Assembly (NCBI GenBank): GCA_951406725.2
Contig: OX597824.1
Coordinates: forward strand, 40,858,001-40,922,000
Length of the DNA stretch: 64,000 bases
Direction: 5' to 3'
From: Octopus vulgaris
Taxonomy: Eukaryota
The first letter of the stretch is position 1. Each line of letters begins with the position of its first letter. Shown piece by piece: positions 13,800 through 26,184 of the stretch. The position numbers and the translations under genes are program-made. The notes beneath the pieces are model-generated. The model saw only the letters and a program-made list of their open reading frames with translations. It made no database searches and was not told the origin of the DNA.

Positions 13800-16700
13800 T
13801 TTTTGTTTCATGACTTAGGCTTTTGGGTGTGGTGCATGTACAACCTGTTATGCTATATAGTGTGGTGTTTTTTATAAATTTTTGTAGTTTATTCTAGTTT
13901 GTTGTTGAGAGATTAGGGAACCAGGTAGGGCTGACATAATCCATGACAAATTGTTGTTTGTACACCATGTTATTGTTTCATTCTATTGGCCAAATGGGGT
14001 GTTTGTGATTGCTTTAAGTATGCAGGTGTTGTTTTGCTTTTTTTACTATGTTTTCTGTGCATTGTAAATGTGTTTTGTGTGTATGGGGACTGTTCAAAAA
14101 GTGTTGTTTATAATTCCTAGTTGTTTTTGTCTTTTGCATGTATGTTCATGTTATTGAATGTGATGGTTGTTTGTATTTGAGTTGTTTTGTTGTGAGTTCG
14201 TAGGGGTTTCAAGAGATGATCAATCTGTGAAATCAGTTCCCATCTGTATTTGTAAGCCACCATTTATGAGTAGTGGAAAGTCATCCTCGTGTTGTGCCTT
14301 CTTGCCACAGTTTATCCTCAGATGCGATTGAGCGCCACCAGGAAGCCACTGGATTCCTGCAACAGAAGCTGCCTGGAGTTCACCATTGCACTCCAGTTAG
14401 CTGGGTTGGGACCCTAGCACTGCAGGTGTTAGACCTGTTTGCCTTAGGTTGCCTTACTAGGGACTCGAAGTTCCCAGCAGCATACCTCTGACACTCACTT
14501 AACATTCCCACCTGATGAGGTCAAGGGTGGGACTTTTAGGAAATGTAATTACCAGGCACTTATCTGAATGGTTCTCCTCTATGGTTGTGAGACCTGGCCA
14601 ATGTGTGTTGCTGATCTCCAGAAGCTGGAGCTTTTTGATCACTTCTTTATTCATTGTCTTCTCTGACTGTGTATCTCAAACTGCTTTTCAAACCAACTAC
14701 TTTACGCTCACTGTAGTCTCTCACTTCTTGAGGGAACTCTTCTGATGAGGAGACTATGGTGGTTTGGTCACTGCATTGCAGTGACCCCCATGACAAACTC
14801 ATCTAGAAGGTGGTAGCACCAGATCCTACCCCAGGTTGGCATGAGTGGAGAGGTGTTTAGTTGAAGACATGGCTCACGACAGTCAAAACAGATATGGAGC
14901 TTGTTTTCAGTCCTTGAGTCTTTAGTGTTCATTGCAGGAACTGGGAATGGCTTCAACACGCTGCAGGATCAACCGTTGACTGATGTGCATAGGAGCTGGC
15001 TTAACCCCACCCAGGTGAATGCTGTTACAAGGAAAAACAAGATTATTTATATTTGAAGTTTTCCAATGTTGCTGGATGGAAGGGAGTTAGTGGGTTTGGT
15101 AGGTGCTACTTTAGATCTGTTATTGTAGAGTCAGGTTGCTCAGAGGAGCCAGAGTAGTTGTACTATAGTATGATATAGTAGAATAATGGGAGGTTGTGCG
15201 ATGCCATCAGGAAGTCTGACTAGTTCTTTGGGGCCAATATTTTGTGCTACTTCTTCAGGTGGTGTTGAGTGCTAGTATGAGTGGCTAGTAAAGAATAGAA
15301 TTGAAAATTTGCTGGTGTTGATAGTATTAACAGTATTTGCAAAGGGTTTTTTGTTGTAGAAACTAGCTTTTATTTTCTGTTTTTGGGGGTCTGAATCTGT
15401 GTTAGGATTTGGAGAGGTAGATGTGTGGGTAAGTAATGTCAAATATTAGCCTTTTTTAGAATTTTTGTGGGTTTGTATTGGGAGGGTGATAGGTCTGTAT
15501 GATGTTACTAAACTTGGGCTTTTTGTTTCTTTAGAATTATATTCCTCAGTTTCCAAATACTTGGAATTTCACAGTATTGGTACAAGTTGTAGTTGTTAGT
15601 GAATGCAGTGATTCTCTCATTGCACTTACCAAAATGGGTTTGTGAGCCTACTAATCAGATCTGTGGATGGTGCAAAATCCCTTCTTGGAACAATGTAGTT
15701 GACAGGGCCATTAGGGAAAAGAAATAGGCATGGAAGGACTGGAAGAATGGTGGTAGAAGGGAATTGTATCAGATTGCCAGAAGGGAAGCTAGGAGACAGG
15801 TTTACTTAGCTAGAGGGGAAGCAGATAAGAAAAAATTTGCCAATGTTCTGTGTTATGAGGACTAAAGACTTGAAGTACTTTCTGTTGCAAGACAGTGTGT
15901 GAGAGAGAATTGTGATGACATAGGAGAGAAATGTGTCCACATGGATGATGGCTCACTTGCATTTAATAAGGCTGCAAAGAGAGAGACTTGGAGATGCCAC
16001 TATGAAAGATTGTTAAATGAAGAGAATGAACGAATGGAAGAGAGTCTGCTGAATCTCAACCCAACAGATGGACCAGCTATCTGAATTGACAGTACCTTGG
16101 TAGATAAAGCAGTTAAGGGTATGAAGACAGGGAGAGCCCTTGGCCCATCAGGAATCACTGCAGGGATGCTTAAAATATCTGGTGGTGTTGGCTATACTCT
16201 AGTCACCCCTACAATCAATCAGGTGATACATGGAGTCATACCCAATGACTGGTGTAATAGCACCATAGACAACTGTTACAAAGGTAAAGGTGATGTTTTA
16301 GATACGAATAATTACAGAGGTATCAAATTGCTGGATCAGGTAATGAAAGTCATGAAGAGAGTCATAGCCCAACTAATTAGGGAGAGTTAGTTTAGACGAG
16401 ATGCAGTTTAGGTTTGTGTCAGGGAAAAGCACCACTGAAGCTATATTTCTGTTAAGACAGCTGCAGGAGAAATACCTAACCAAAGATAAACCTCTGTACC
16501 TGGCTTTCGTTGACATGGAGAAAGCCTTTGACAGGGTCCCCCGATCCCTTGTCTGGTGGTCAATGTGGAAACTAGGGATAGATGAGTGGTTAGTGAGAGC
16601 TGTACAAGCCACATACAGGGATGCTGTCAGTAAGATGAAGGTTGGCAATGAGTATAGTGAAGAATTCTGGGTAGATGTAGGGATCTACCAAGGATCAGTC

Positions 16701-18490
16701 TTCAGCCCCCTCTTATTCATCATACTCCTCCAGACAATAACAGAGGAATTCAAGATAGGCTGCCCTTGGAGCTTTTCTATGCTGATGACCTTGCTCTAAT
16801 AGCCGAGTCACTATCAGAACTAGAGAAGTTTCAAGTGTAAAAGCAAGGTCTAGAATTGAAGGGCCTTAAAATTAACCTAACAAAAACCAAAATCTTAGTA
16901 AGTAGAAAGGCAGACAAATCACAAATCCCTCCAGGTGGCTAGCCCTGGTTGATCTGTAGAAAAGGTGTAGGTAGAAACAACATAAGATGTACCTGGTGTA
17001 AGTTCTGGACACATAAGAGGTGCAGCAATATCAAAGGAAGGCTAACTGGGAAGATAGTTTTTGTGTGTGGCAAATGCTCAAGGGCAATAAATGCAAGCCA
17101 GGGGAAAAACTAGTAGTAGTTGATAGATTCTGCTACCTAGGTGACCAAGTCAGTAGCGGGGTTGGATGCTCTGAGTGTAGCTGCTAGAATAAGAATAGCC
17201 TGGGTAAAGTTCAGAGAGCTCCTACCTCTGCTGGTGACAAAGGGCCTCTCACTCAGAGTAAAAGGTAGACTGTATGATGCTTGTGTGTGAACAGCCATGC
17301 TATAGTAAAACTGCTGAGGACATGTGTAAGCTTGCAAGAAATGAAGTTAGTATGCTCCACTGGATGTGTAATGTCAGTGTGCATACACGACAGTGTAAGC
17401 AACCTGAGAGAAAAGTTGGACCTAAAAAGCATCAGATGTGGTGTGCAAGAGAGACGACTACACTGGTATGGTCATGTGTTGTGTATGGATGAGGACAGCT
17501 GTGTGAAAAAGTGTCACACCCTAGCAGTAGAGGGAACCTGTGAAAGAGGTAGACCCAGGAAGACCTGAGATGAGGTGTGAAGCATGATCTTCGAATGTTG
17601 GGCCTCACAAAGGAGATGACAAGTGACCGAAACCTTTGGAGATGTGCTGCACTTCAGAAGACCCGGCAAGCCAAGTGAGACCGTAACCGTGCCCTATGCC
17701 AGTGCAGCATAACTGGCCCATTTAATCATTGAGCAATAAACTGCGCTTGAGAAGACCTGTTGAGTCAAATGAAGTCATTGTTGTGGCTGATGCCAGTACT
17801 GCCTGATTGGTACTTGTACCGGTGGCATGTAAACAGCATCATTCAAGCTTGGTCATTGCCAGTGCTGCCTGACTAGCTCCCATGCTGGTGGCATGTAAAA
17901 AGTTCCATTTGAGCGTGTATAATGTGGATTGTATTTGTTTTTACCTTGTGTTGTTCTATTCACGTGTCTACAATTTTGTCGTGGCATTGTTGAATTCTGA
18001 AAGCCTTGATGTTCATTTCTTCATGGAACTTGTTTCATTGTGACTTTTTGAAGTTGGTATTTTGCATTCTTCATTGATTGTGCAAGTGTCTTGTAATGAT
18101 AATTGGTGGTCTGAGGAAAGTTGTTTACTAAGTGGTTGTAGTAGTTTGGTGTATGAATCGAAAGTGATGTCTGGGGAAGAGTTATTGTAGTTGATTTGGT
18201 GAGGCCTGTGTTTTCTGTGATTTACTTAGTATATGAAAGAAGTTGTGATAGTACTTCTTGTTATCTGTATCGGTTGAGACCAAGAGGTGTTGGGCTTATT
18301 GCTTGTTGAAGCACCCCTGCCTCCCATGATGTTCTTTCTGAGAGTATTTGTGTTGTAGTTGGGTGTGTAACTGGGTGGAGTGATGAGGTGCACATGTACA
18401 CATTTATTATGTTATGTGTTTCATGTTGTTTTTTTTTTTTAATTTGAAAGCCTGCATTTTTAGGGTAGTGTCTTCTATTTGTCATCATTT
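13800..18490 (-). mobile_element. Old G/T-skewed LINE relic interrupted by younger insertions
   Basis: Similar composition at about 13800-14270, 15030-15680 and 17915-18490. Minus strand near 13900-13970 reads VYKQQFVMDYVSPTWFPNLSTTN, like the LINE RT C-terminal LYKQFIRPxLxYASPxW. Confidence 0.4.
15685..17915 (+). mobile_element. 5'-truncated RTE-clade LINE (RT pseudogene plus 3' UTR)
   Basis: NYRGIKLL, LAFVDMEKAFDRVPR, QGSVFSPLLF, YADD (16778-16789), RRLHWYGHV and RGRPRKT motifs, with stops and frameshifts. Confidence 0.95.
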
Positions 18491-18760
18491 TATGTCTATT
18501 TTCCAGCTAGTGTGAGTTCGATAGGTCATCGTAGTTTGAGTCACCTCTCATTGGGAGCTACTGTTTCCAAAGACTAGGTGCTCACACATGCCATTTAGTT
18601 GGTTTCTATGACTGGAGATCCTTTCTGTTGCCAACCACTTTACAAAGTGTACTGGATGCATTTTCTCATTATACCAATGCCAGAGAGGTTCTTGGTGAGC
18701 AAAATTATATCATTAGCAATAGTATGGTAGCTGACCAAACTTGTCCCAGCCATGGATATA

Positions 18761-19189
18761 CTCTCTTTTACTCTTTTACTTGTTTCAGTCATTTGACTGT
18801 GGCCATGCTGGAGCACCGCCTTTAGTCGAGCAAATCGACCCCAGGACTTAATCTTTGTAAGCCTAGTACTTATCCTATTGGTCTCTTTTGCCAAACCGCT
18901 AAGTGACGGGGACATAAACACACCAGCATTGGTTGACAAGCAATGCTAGGGGGACAAACACAAACACATAAATCTACACACACACACACACACATACACA
19001 CATATATATATATACATATATACAACGGGCTTCTTTCAGTTTCTGTCAACCAAATCCACTACAAGGCTTTGGTTGGACCCGAGGCTATAGTAGTAGAAGA
19101 CACTTAGCCAAGATGCCACGTAGTGGGACTGAACCCGGAACCATGTGGTTGGTAAGCAAGCTACTTACCATACACCCACTCCTGCGTCT
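18761..19189 (-). mobile_element. tRNA-derived SINE family 1
   Basis: Reverse-complement head has A-box- and B-box-like motifs (gtggtaagtagc, ggttcagtccc), an internal CA/TA microsatellite, and a tail ending tgactgaaacaagtaaaagag. Confidence 0.9.
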
Positions 19190-19538
19190 ATAATCACTTG
19201 TTATTGAAACAGTGAATTTAAAATGGTTGGGATATGATTCAAGGGAAATGTTTGTCATCTCTAGTAAATTGTGTAACCAAATAGTGGTTCACTTGTTGGC
19301 TCATTATGTTTATTGGCAAATGTTGAGAATATATGGAAACAAGGCAGAAAATTGTTAATCTGTTTGTTGTGAATTACTTTAATTGGATGTGTTTCACTTA
19401 ATTTTAGATTTTCAATAATTTTTGTCTTTATTTCTAAGGGTGTAGGAGAACAATGGATTAAAGATTTATTTTGCTGTTTCTCTTTTTGTCAGCTCAAATT
19501 TTATGGGATGTTAATTTTTACTTTGCACATCCTTTTTT

Positions 19539-19914
19539 TACTCTTTTTACATGTTTCAGTCATTTGACTGTGGCCATGCTGGAGCACTACCTTTAGTCGA
19601 GCAAATCGACCCCAGGACTTATTCTTTGGAAGCCTAGTACTTATTTTAGCGTTCTCTTTTGCCAAACTGCTAAGTTGTCAAGCGATGTTGGGGGGGGGGG
19701 GACAAACACAGACACACAAACATATATACACACATACATATATCATCATACGACGGGCTTCTTTCAGTTTCTGTTTACCAAATCAACTCACAAAGCTTTG
19801 GTCAGCCTGAGGCTATAGTAGAAGACACTTGCTCAAGGTGCCACGCAGTGGGACTGAACACGGAACCATGTGGTTGGTAAGCAAGCTACTTACCACACAG
19901 CCACTCCTGCGCCT
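19539..19914 (-). mobile_element. SINE family 1 copy
   Basis: Colinear with the 18761-19189 copy. Confidence 0.9.
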
Positions 19915-21282
19915 TGAAGCTGATAAAATGGCTATCAGTAAATTAGATAAATTGAGTTAGCAATTATAAAACATTAAAATAAATAGAGGGAAGGAGAGAG
20001 GGAATGCATATTGGGGGCATTCGACTTTTGTGTTTTGTCTGCTGTATGTTTAACACTAATTGATTTTATTAAGAGCCAATTGGACTTGATCTCAGTTATG
20101 CTTTTTAATGACACAAATCCAGTTGTCACATCTCTGAATATTGTCAGATGATGTATATTTTTATACACAAGTATATATTTTGGCTAAAATAAGTAATATC
20201 GTAAATAGTTAACTAATAAATAATTTATGCATTGAAAATTGATTAATAATTAAAGATAATTTATTTTAAATTATTAACCACCATTAATGCTAATTAAATA
20301 CCTATTCTGTTGACTGGTGGCACAACATGGCATTCAAACAACATATGTTACATAACAAAAGTATGTGGGTTTGCATGGCAGATGATCTTTGGTCTTTCAA
20401 AATAATGGAGAAGATAGCAGGAAGATGACTTGGTCGTGTTTACTCAAAATGTTAACTCTAATCAGCAACAGGAGTTAACTGATAACTCTTGTCACTGATT
20501 AGAGTTTTTTAATTTTACTTCACATTTCTCTTGGCACTGGTAAAATAAGTGCAAACAACAAATTATGTAATTCAGAATGGTTGCATGACCAACATGAATG
20601 CACATCTGTAGAGATTCCTGCATATCAATATCTTGCAAAAAGTTGTCAGTAAATGGTAATCAACTACCAGAACACACATGGACATACATACACACTGGCA
20701 CACACGGGTGGGCACGCATGCACATGGACAGGCACGCATGCAGGCAGGCACATGCACACGTGGTACATCCCATTTAGAGGTTATGTGACCTCCTGTGGTT
20801 AAGTTGACATGCTATTTACCTTTAGTTAGTGTCTAAATTGAAAAATGCAAGAGCTGTCTGTGGTATAAATGTAGGCTGCATTTCTGGAGCTTCAGAGATC
20901 CAACACTTCATTCAATTTTGTTTGAAATCATGCATGTGTCATTGTGCCATATATAAATTGTAACAAAATTTAAGTACCAAAAACAAGTAATGAGACATTC
21001 TGCTTAGTTCCCATATGAATGAGCTAGTTAACAACATGAGCTGAGAATGAGTTTTAAATTCATTAAGAGATCTTTCAGATGATAAAGGCTCAGTGATTCT
21101 ATTAAAACAATGCAATGAAACCTTTGATACTGTTATTGTATTATACACCTACAGAAAACATATTAGTTTGGCTGACAACTGGTAACCCTTGTTATTGATA
21201 TTTGAATGGTAGCAGCAGAAAGGATATCTGATTATAAAAACAATTATTTCAATAATAGTTATGTCATAATTTGCCTGAACTA

Positions 21283-22466
21283 CAGGGGTTGGACAAAATA
21301 ATGGAAACACCTTAAAATTTCAAACAAATTAATTTTAATAAGGGGTAGGACTGCTTTTGGTAGTATTACAGCTTGACTTCTGTGTACGAAGTTTGAATTG
21401 TTTCCAAAGGAATTTTTGTCCATTCGTCAGCTAAAACAGTCTCCCGTTCTTGTAGTGATGATGGTGGAGGATATTGAATCCTTACTTGTTTTTCTAAAAT
21501 GCACCATAAATGTTCAATAATATTAAGATCTGGGGACTGTGGTGGCCAGATAAGATGTTCAATTTCACTAGAATGTTCCTTGTGCCATTGAGTAACAACT
21601 TTATCTGTGTGAATTGTGAATTGGTGCATTATCATCCTGAAAGATTGCGTTTCCTTCTGGAAACAGTTCTGCAACCTTAGGATGAATTTGATCAGATAAA
21701 ATGCTTAAATAGTCTTAACTATTAATTCTACCATGAGGGGAAACCATTGGGCCAGCGGATTTCCAAGATATAGCTCCACCAGATCATCACAGATCCTCCT
21801 CCATGTTTAACAGTTGGAAGAAGGCAGTCTGAGTCAAATGCTTCTTTTGGCTGTTTCCACATGTATACTTGGCCAATGGCCGGAAATAAGGTAAAGGATG
21901 ACTTGTCTAAGAAAATAATATTCTTCCACTGCTCTAGGAACCAATTCTGTAGGTTTTTATTCCACTCTAAACGCTTTGCAATGTTTGGTTTTTGAAAGTA
22001 GTGGTTTTCTGATTGCAGCCCTCCTGTGAAATCTGGCTTTGTGCAGCTCCCAGTGAACAGTTTTTGTGGAAACTGGGTTCTTGAGGTGGTTGACGGCCCC
22101 TATCTGAAAATTTTGGTTTTCTTTTGGAGTTTTCTTTGACGAGGAGTTTTTCCCTCTTTTTCAAAGGCTGTTATTACTTTTGAGACAGTACTTCTTGATG
22201 CACCAAACATTTCAGCTGTTTTTGTTACACTAGCACCTGTCATACAAGTACCAACAATTTGATCTCTTTGAAAGTCCAATGAATCTGTCATTTTAATGAA
22301 TTTTAATTACATCTGAAAAGAAACAGCAATTTTAGCAAAAAATATTAAGCAACAATAATAATAAATCAAAAAACATAAAAATAAACAAGCTTTTGATGGT
22401 TTTATAGATATTTCAAAATTATGATGCTATGATGCTAGTTGCTTCCATTATTTTGTCCAACCCCTG
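21283..22466 (-). mobile_element. Tc1-like (DD34E) transposon, full length but inactivated
   Basis: Perfect 24-bp TIR caggggttggacaaaataatggaa with TA on both sides. Transposase motifs GASVTKTAEMFGASRSTVSKV, QDDNAP and WPPQSPDLNIIEHLW, spread over shifted frames. Confidence 0.95.
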
Positions 22467-22911
22467 TATGTCCTCTTTACTTGGATGAGAGAATGGAGGT
22501 GGTGGAGAAACACCGTAAACTGTAATTGAAAGCCTAGTCAACCTAGGAAGAAATTGAATCATCTGATCCTAGACTTATAGGCCTTGAAGTCCTTATCTAG
22601 TTCAATATTCTCTTTCTATTTTTAAGTAGCTTCTCTCACCTTGCCAGTCAGTATGATTCACAGCGCTAACAACTTTTACCAAAAGTGATGAAAATCCAAG
22701 TCATTCTTGATATAGTTTGATACAACAAATACCAGAATTAGAGAGAATCTTGCTTTTCATTTTTGAATTCTTCTTGTTACTCTTTCATGATGATGATGAT
22801 GATTCTAAATTTCAGTACTGTTTCTGCTCTCTCAATAATATCCCTTTGACAGCAATATATACAAGAAATTTTCATTTTAAATGAGATTTATTTTTTTTAT
22901 ATACATTTCAG

Positions 22912-23022
22912 ACTATTATGACATCCAAGAACAGAAAGGCTTCTTTGAAGAGAATTTCTCACATATATACTATATATTTTATGATGTCTTTGTCAATGTT
23001 GAGACTGAATTGAAGCAAAGAG
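22912..23022 (+). CDS. RALGAPA1: RalGAP alpha coding exon A (first seen in window, probably exon 2)
   Basis: tttcag acceptor, gtttgt donor. Encodes (D)YYDIQEQKGFFEENFSHIYYIFYDVFVNVETELKQR, resembling the RALGAPA N-terminal [30 protein letters not shown] recalled from the vertebrate protein. Phase 1 to 1. Confidence 0.93.
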
Positions 23023-23246
23023 GTTTGTAAACTTAAACATTGATCTCATTTTGATAATTGCTTTCTATTTAATATGCTTCAATTCAATTTTCTTAAGGTA
23101 GCTTATATTAAACTTGTTCACAAATATACAGTAACAAAATAAAATAAAAATGAAATGGTTAATGTAACATGTATTGTTAATCTCATGTGCATAAAAGCAC
23201 AGTTCAGAAAATCAATTTCTTTATTATATTTCTATCTTTTTAACAG

Positions 23247-23296
23247 CCAGTAAGTCTCATCGAGAAGAGCTTGAAGCTATTCTCCAGATCTTTGAG
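23247..23296 (+). CDS. RALGAPA1: RalGAP alpha exon B
   Basis: taacag acceptor, gttagt donor. (A)SKSHREELEAILQIFE resembles GHKSQREELDAILFIFE. Phase 1 to 0. Confidence 0.93.
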
Positions 23297-23345
23297 GTTA
23301 GTATTTCAGACTTTGAGCCCGTTACTTTATCTTTTTTTTTTTTTT

Positions 23346-23735
23346 ATTCTTTTACTTGTTTCAGTCATTTTAACTGCAGCCATGCTGGAGCACCACATTA
23401 AAGAGGTTTTTTTAGTTGAACAAATTGGACCCCAGGACTTATTCTTTGTAAGCCCAGTACTAATTCTATCAGTCCGTTTTGCTGAACTGCTAAGTTACGG
23501 TGATGTAAACACACCAACATCAATTGTCAAGTAATGGTGGGGTGGGGGGGACAAACAGAGACACACGCACATAGATACAAACACACACATGACGGTGCTT
23601 ATTTCAGTTTCCATCTACCAAATCCACTTGTAAGGTTACCGTAGAAGACACTTGCCCAAGGTGCCACGCAGTGGGACTTAACTCAGAACTATGTGGTTGA
23701 GAAACAAACTTCTTACCACACAGCTATGCCTGCAT
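23346..23735 (-). mobile_element. SINE family 1 copy, about 50 nt downstream of exon B
   Basis: Colinear with the other family 1 copies. Confidence 0.88.
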
Positions 23736-24677
23736 CCTTGCTTTAATTTCTATTTTCATTTTCTGAAGCCATAGCTAAACATTTGTCTCTCATCTCTAAA
23801 GTTATCCACTTTCTGTATTTCTGTCATATAGGCAAGAATTTTTGATATGACTCAACAAGAGAACAAGGGAGCTTTTATGTATGCTGTTTAGCCTCTTAAC
23901 AAAATAGCCAAATTTTATGCCAAACAGTATTCCTATTGTTTTAAGTGATGACAATCATATGTTTTAAGAGTCTTAATGTGTTTCAGATTCAACATAAATC
24001 AATAAGTTAGTCCCCGTGTAAGCTGCTCAACATACTTGTATTACAATTGAGCCAATCTTTGGAGATAGTCCTTAATATTTTAATTGCTATAATCTGTATT
24101 TTGTGGGATAACATGTTTTGATAACACTATTTAATACAAAAAGGACTGTTGTGCCAGAAGATCAACCAAAAGATCACCAAAGCTATCTCTGCCGGATCTG
24201 ACCTATAGCCATGTCTTCAGTTACTTATCATGGCACTGCTGACTGAAGCAAACAGTCATTAATGACTGCACAAATAGAACACACAGCATTCTTCTCAGGC
24301 ACTTGTCAAATATCTTCACTGATTGGTGGATGCTGTGGTGTTGTATTGAGTGTTGATTCGGGACTATATATTTAGCTGTCTGGGAGAATAAAGCAGTTTT
24401 GAAGTTAAACTTTGAACTTCCTCCTACCCCAGTAATCAGACTTTAAGATGAATGCACTTCTAGAAAACATAGTAGCTTTGTTAGTGTAGTTGGTGGTTGA
24501 TTTGTTATTATTGACTACTGCTCCATCAAGTGAAGCTTTGTGTTAGAGAGGCATACATCACACATGTCTCTGGTATGAAACTTCAAGTAATGCAAAAGAA
24601 ATTAACTTGAACAATAATATTTTACTTTATTACATACATTCATGCATACATAAGGTATCTTTATATAAGTCAGGTAT

Positions 24678-24720
24678 TGTGTGTGTGTGTATATATACAT
24701 ACATATATGTGTGTGTGTGC

Positions 24721-24751
<31 letters not shown>

Positions 24752-24801
24752 ATACACACACACACACACACACACATACATACATATGTGTGTGTATATA
24801 T
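24678..24801. repeat. Compound TG/TA/CA microsatellite
   Basis: Direct inspection. Confidence 0.9.
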
Positions 24802-24959
24802 AAGCAAAAATAATAACACTGTAAAATATGGAGACTTGTTCATCCCCAAAATTTATTTCCTTTAATTTACAATTTCATACAACATATTTTTATGGTTATT
24901 ACAACCTACACATGTTTCCAATGCACAGATTATGGGCAGTTGCACATGCAACTGGGCAT

Positions 24960-25056
24960 AATTTTCAGTTCAGCTTCATTCAGGGTCTGTCCATTAGCGA
25001 GTTTCACTTTGAAACTCGCTAATTGACAGACCTTGAATGAAGCTGCACAGAAAATT
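24960..25056. repeat. 97-nt near-perfect palindrome
   Basis: 47-nt arms at 24960-25006 and 25010-25056, 3-nt loop ctt, 4 DNA mismatches. Confidence 0.92.
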
Positions 25057-25493
25057 TCTTGGAGTGACAGAAATCGATGATTCATCATTGCTTTGATTTA
25101 TCAATGCCAAACATCATTAAGTCAGAACAATGACAAAACATTGAGGTCTTTCTCTCTGAGAAAGGACCTGATGTGAGTTGTCTCGTTTGACACTGATTTA
25201 CTTTCAGGTGTTTTTTTTTTCACCTGGCGCATACAAAATATATTCTCTTATACCTAAAAACTGCAGCTGACCCTAGCACTAACAACACCCATACTTTGTG
25301 CATGTGTATTTGATTTTGTTTATATAACTCAAGCTGCTTCTACTTCATATTTGAATATATATATATAATATATACATACATACATACATACATAATATAT
25401 TTATTTACACATACTCTTGGTGTGTATCTTGTTGAAGTATGTTCTTGGTTTGATATAATCTGTGGATTACTTATATTTTTTTTTCATTTGTAG

Positions 25494-25551
25494 AAAATTC
25501 TAGTTCTTTTACCTGAGAAGATTCACAAAAAATGGATGTTTCACAATATTG
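25494..25551 (+). CDS. RALGAPA1: RalGAP alpha exon C
   Basis: ttgtag acceptor, gtaagt donor. KILVLLPEKIHKKWMFHNI(G) resembles [20 protein letters not shown]. Phase 0 to 1. Confidence 0.95.
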
Positions 25552-26064
25552 GTAAGTTGTAATAAAACAATTTTCAACCAGTTTATCAGTTCTTTGCAAT
25601 AGTTTTTATAAAGAGTTTTAACACTTCAGTATGTTTTAGTAGTTTTTTTTTTTCTGGTTAGTGAGATGCTTTTTTAGATGTTTGGGTGTGATTTAAGAAA
25701 GATGTGATTATTTCTTGGAAATCAAGAGCGTAACAGCTCTCTCATCTCGTATTTTTGACTGTTTCTATGTAGTATAGATGTCTTGCATTCACTGTTCTGG
25801 ATTCAGTCAGTGTTTTGTAACTTTGGTTTCTTAAAGAAATTGATGTGTGATGTAGAATAACTTAGAATTAACTTATTGAATTTCGGTTATTGTTGTTGTA
25901 GTAGTGTTATGTGACAGTGTTAATTTAGCAAGATAATTTGCAAATAATTAGCCATATAGTTAGCATTCTTGTCTAAGAATAAATTGCAATTATGAATTGT
26001 GCTCCTTGTGTCTGAGTAGTACACAAATATTCAAAACTTGGTATAAGTATTTTTTTTTATCATA

Positions 26065-26184
26065 GCTTACAGCCATATCATGTTGAAAGCACCAGTTCTT
26101 GTCCGATCACCGAAGTTAAGCTATGTTGAGCCTAGTTAGTACGTTGATGGGTGACTGCTTGGGAAACCTAGGTGTTGTAAGCAT
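26065..26184 (+). pseudogene. 5S rRNA pseudogene or 5S-derived SINE head
   Basis: Full-length 5S-like sequence gcttacagccat...gtccgatcaccgaagttaagc...gttagtac..gatgggtgac..cttgggaa...ggtgttgtaagc. Terminal helix is complementary. Many CpG to TpG/CpA changes. T-run follows. Confidence 0.92.

Noticed and set aside
15899-17568. Reverse transcriptase ORFs as a retron, DGR or defence RT system
   Set aside because: The motifs are those of a non-LTR RTE element, broken by stops and frameshifts, with no accessory genes or ncRNA.
26065-26184. Functional 5S rRNA gene
   Set aside because: Solitary intronic copy with many CpG-type substitutions, not in a tandem array; called a pseudogene or SINE head instead.
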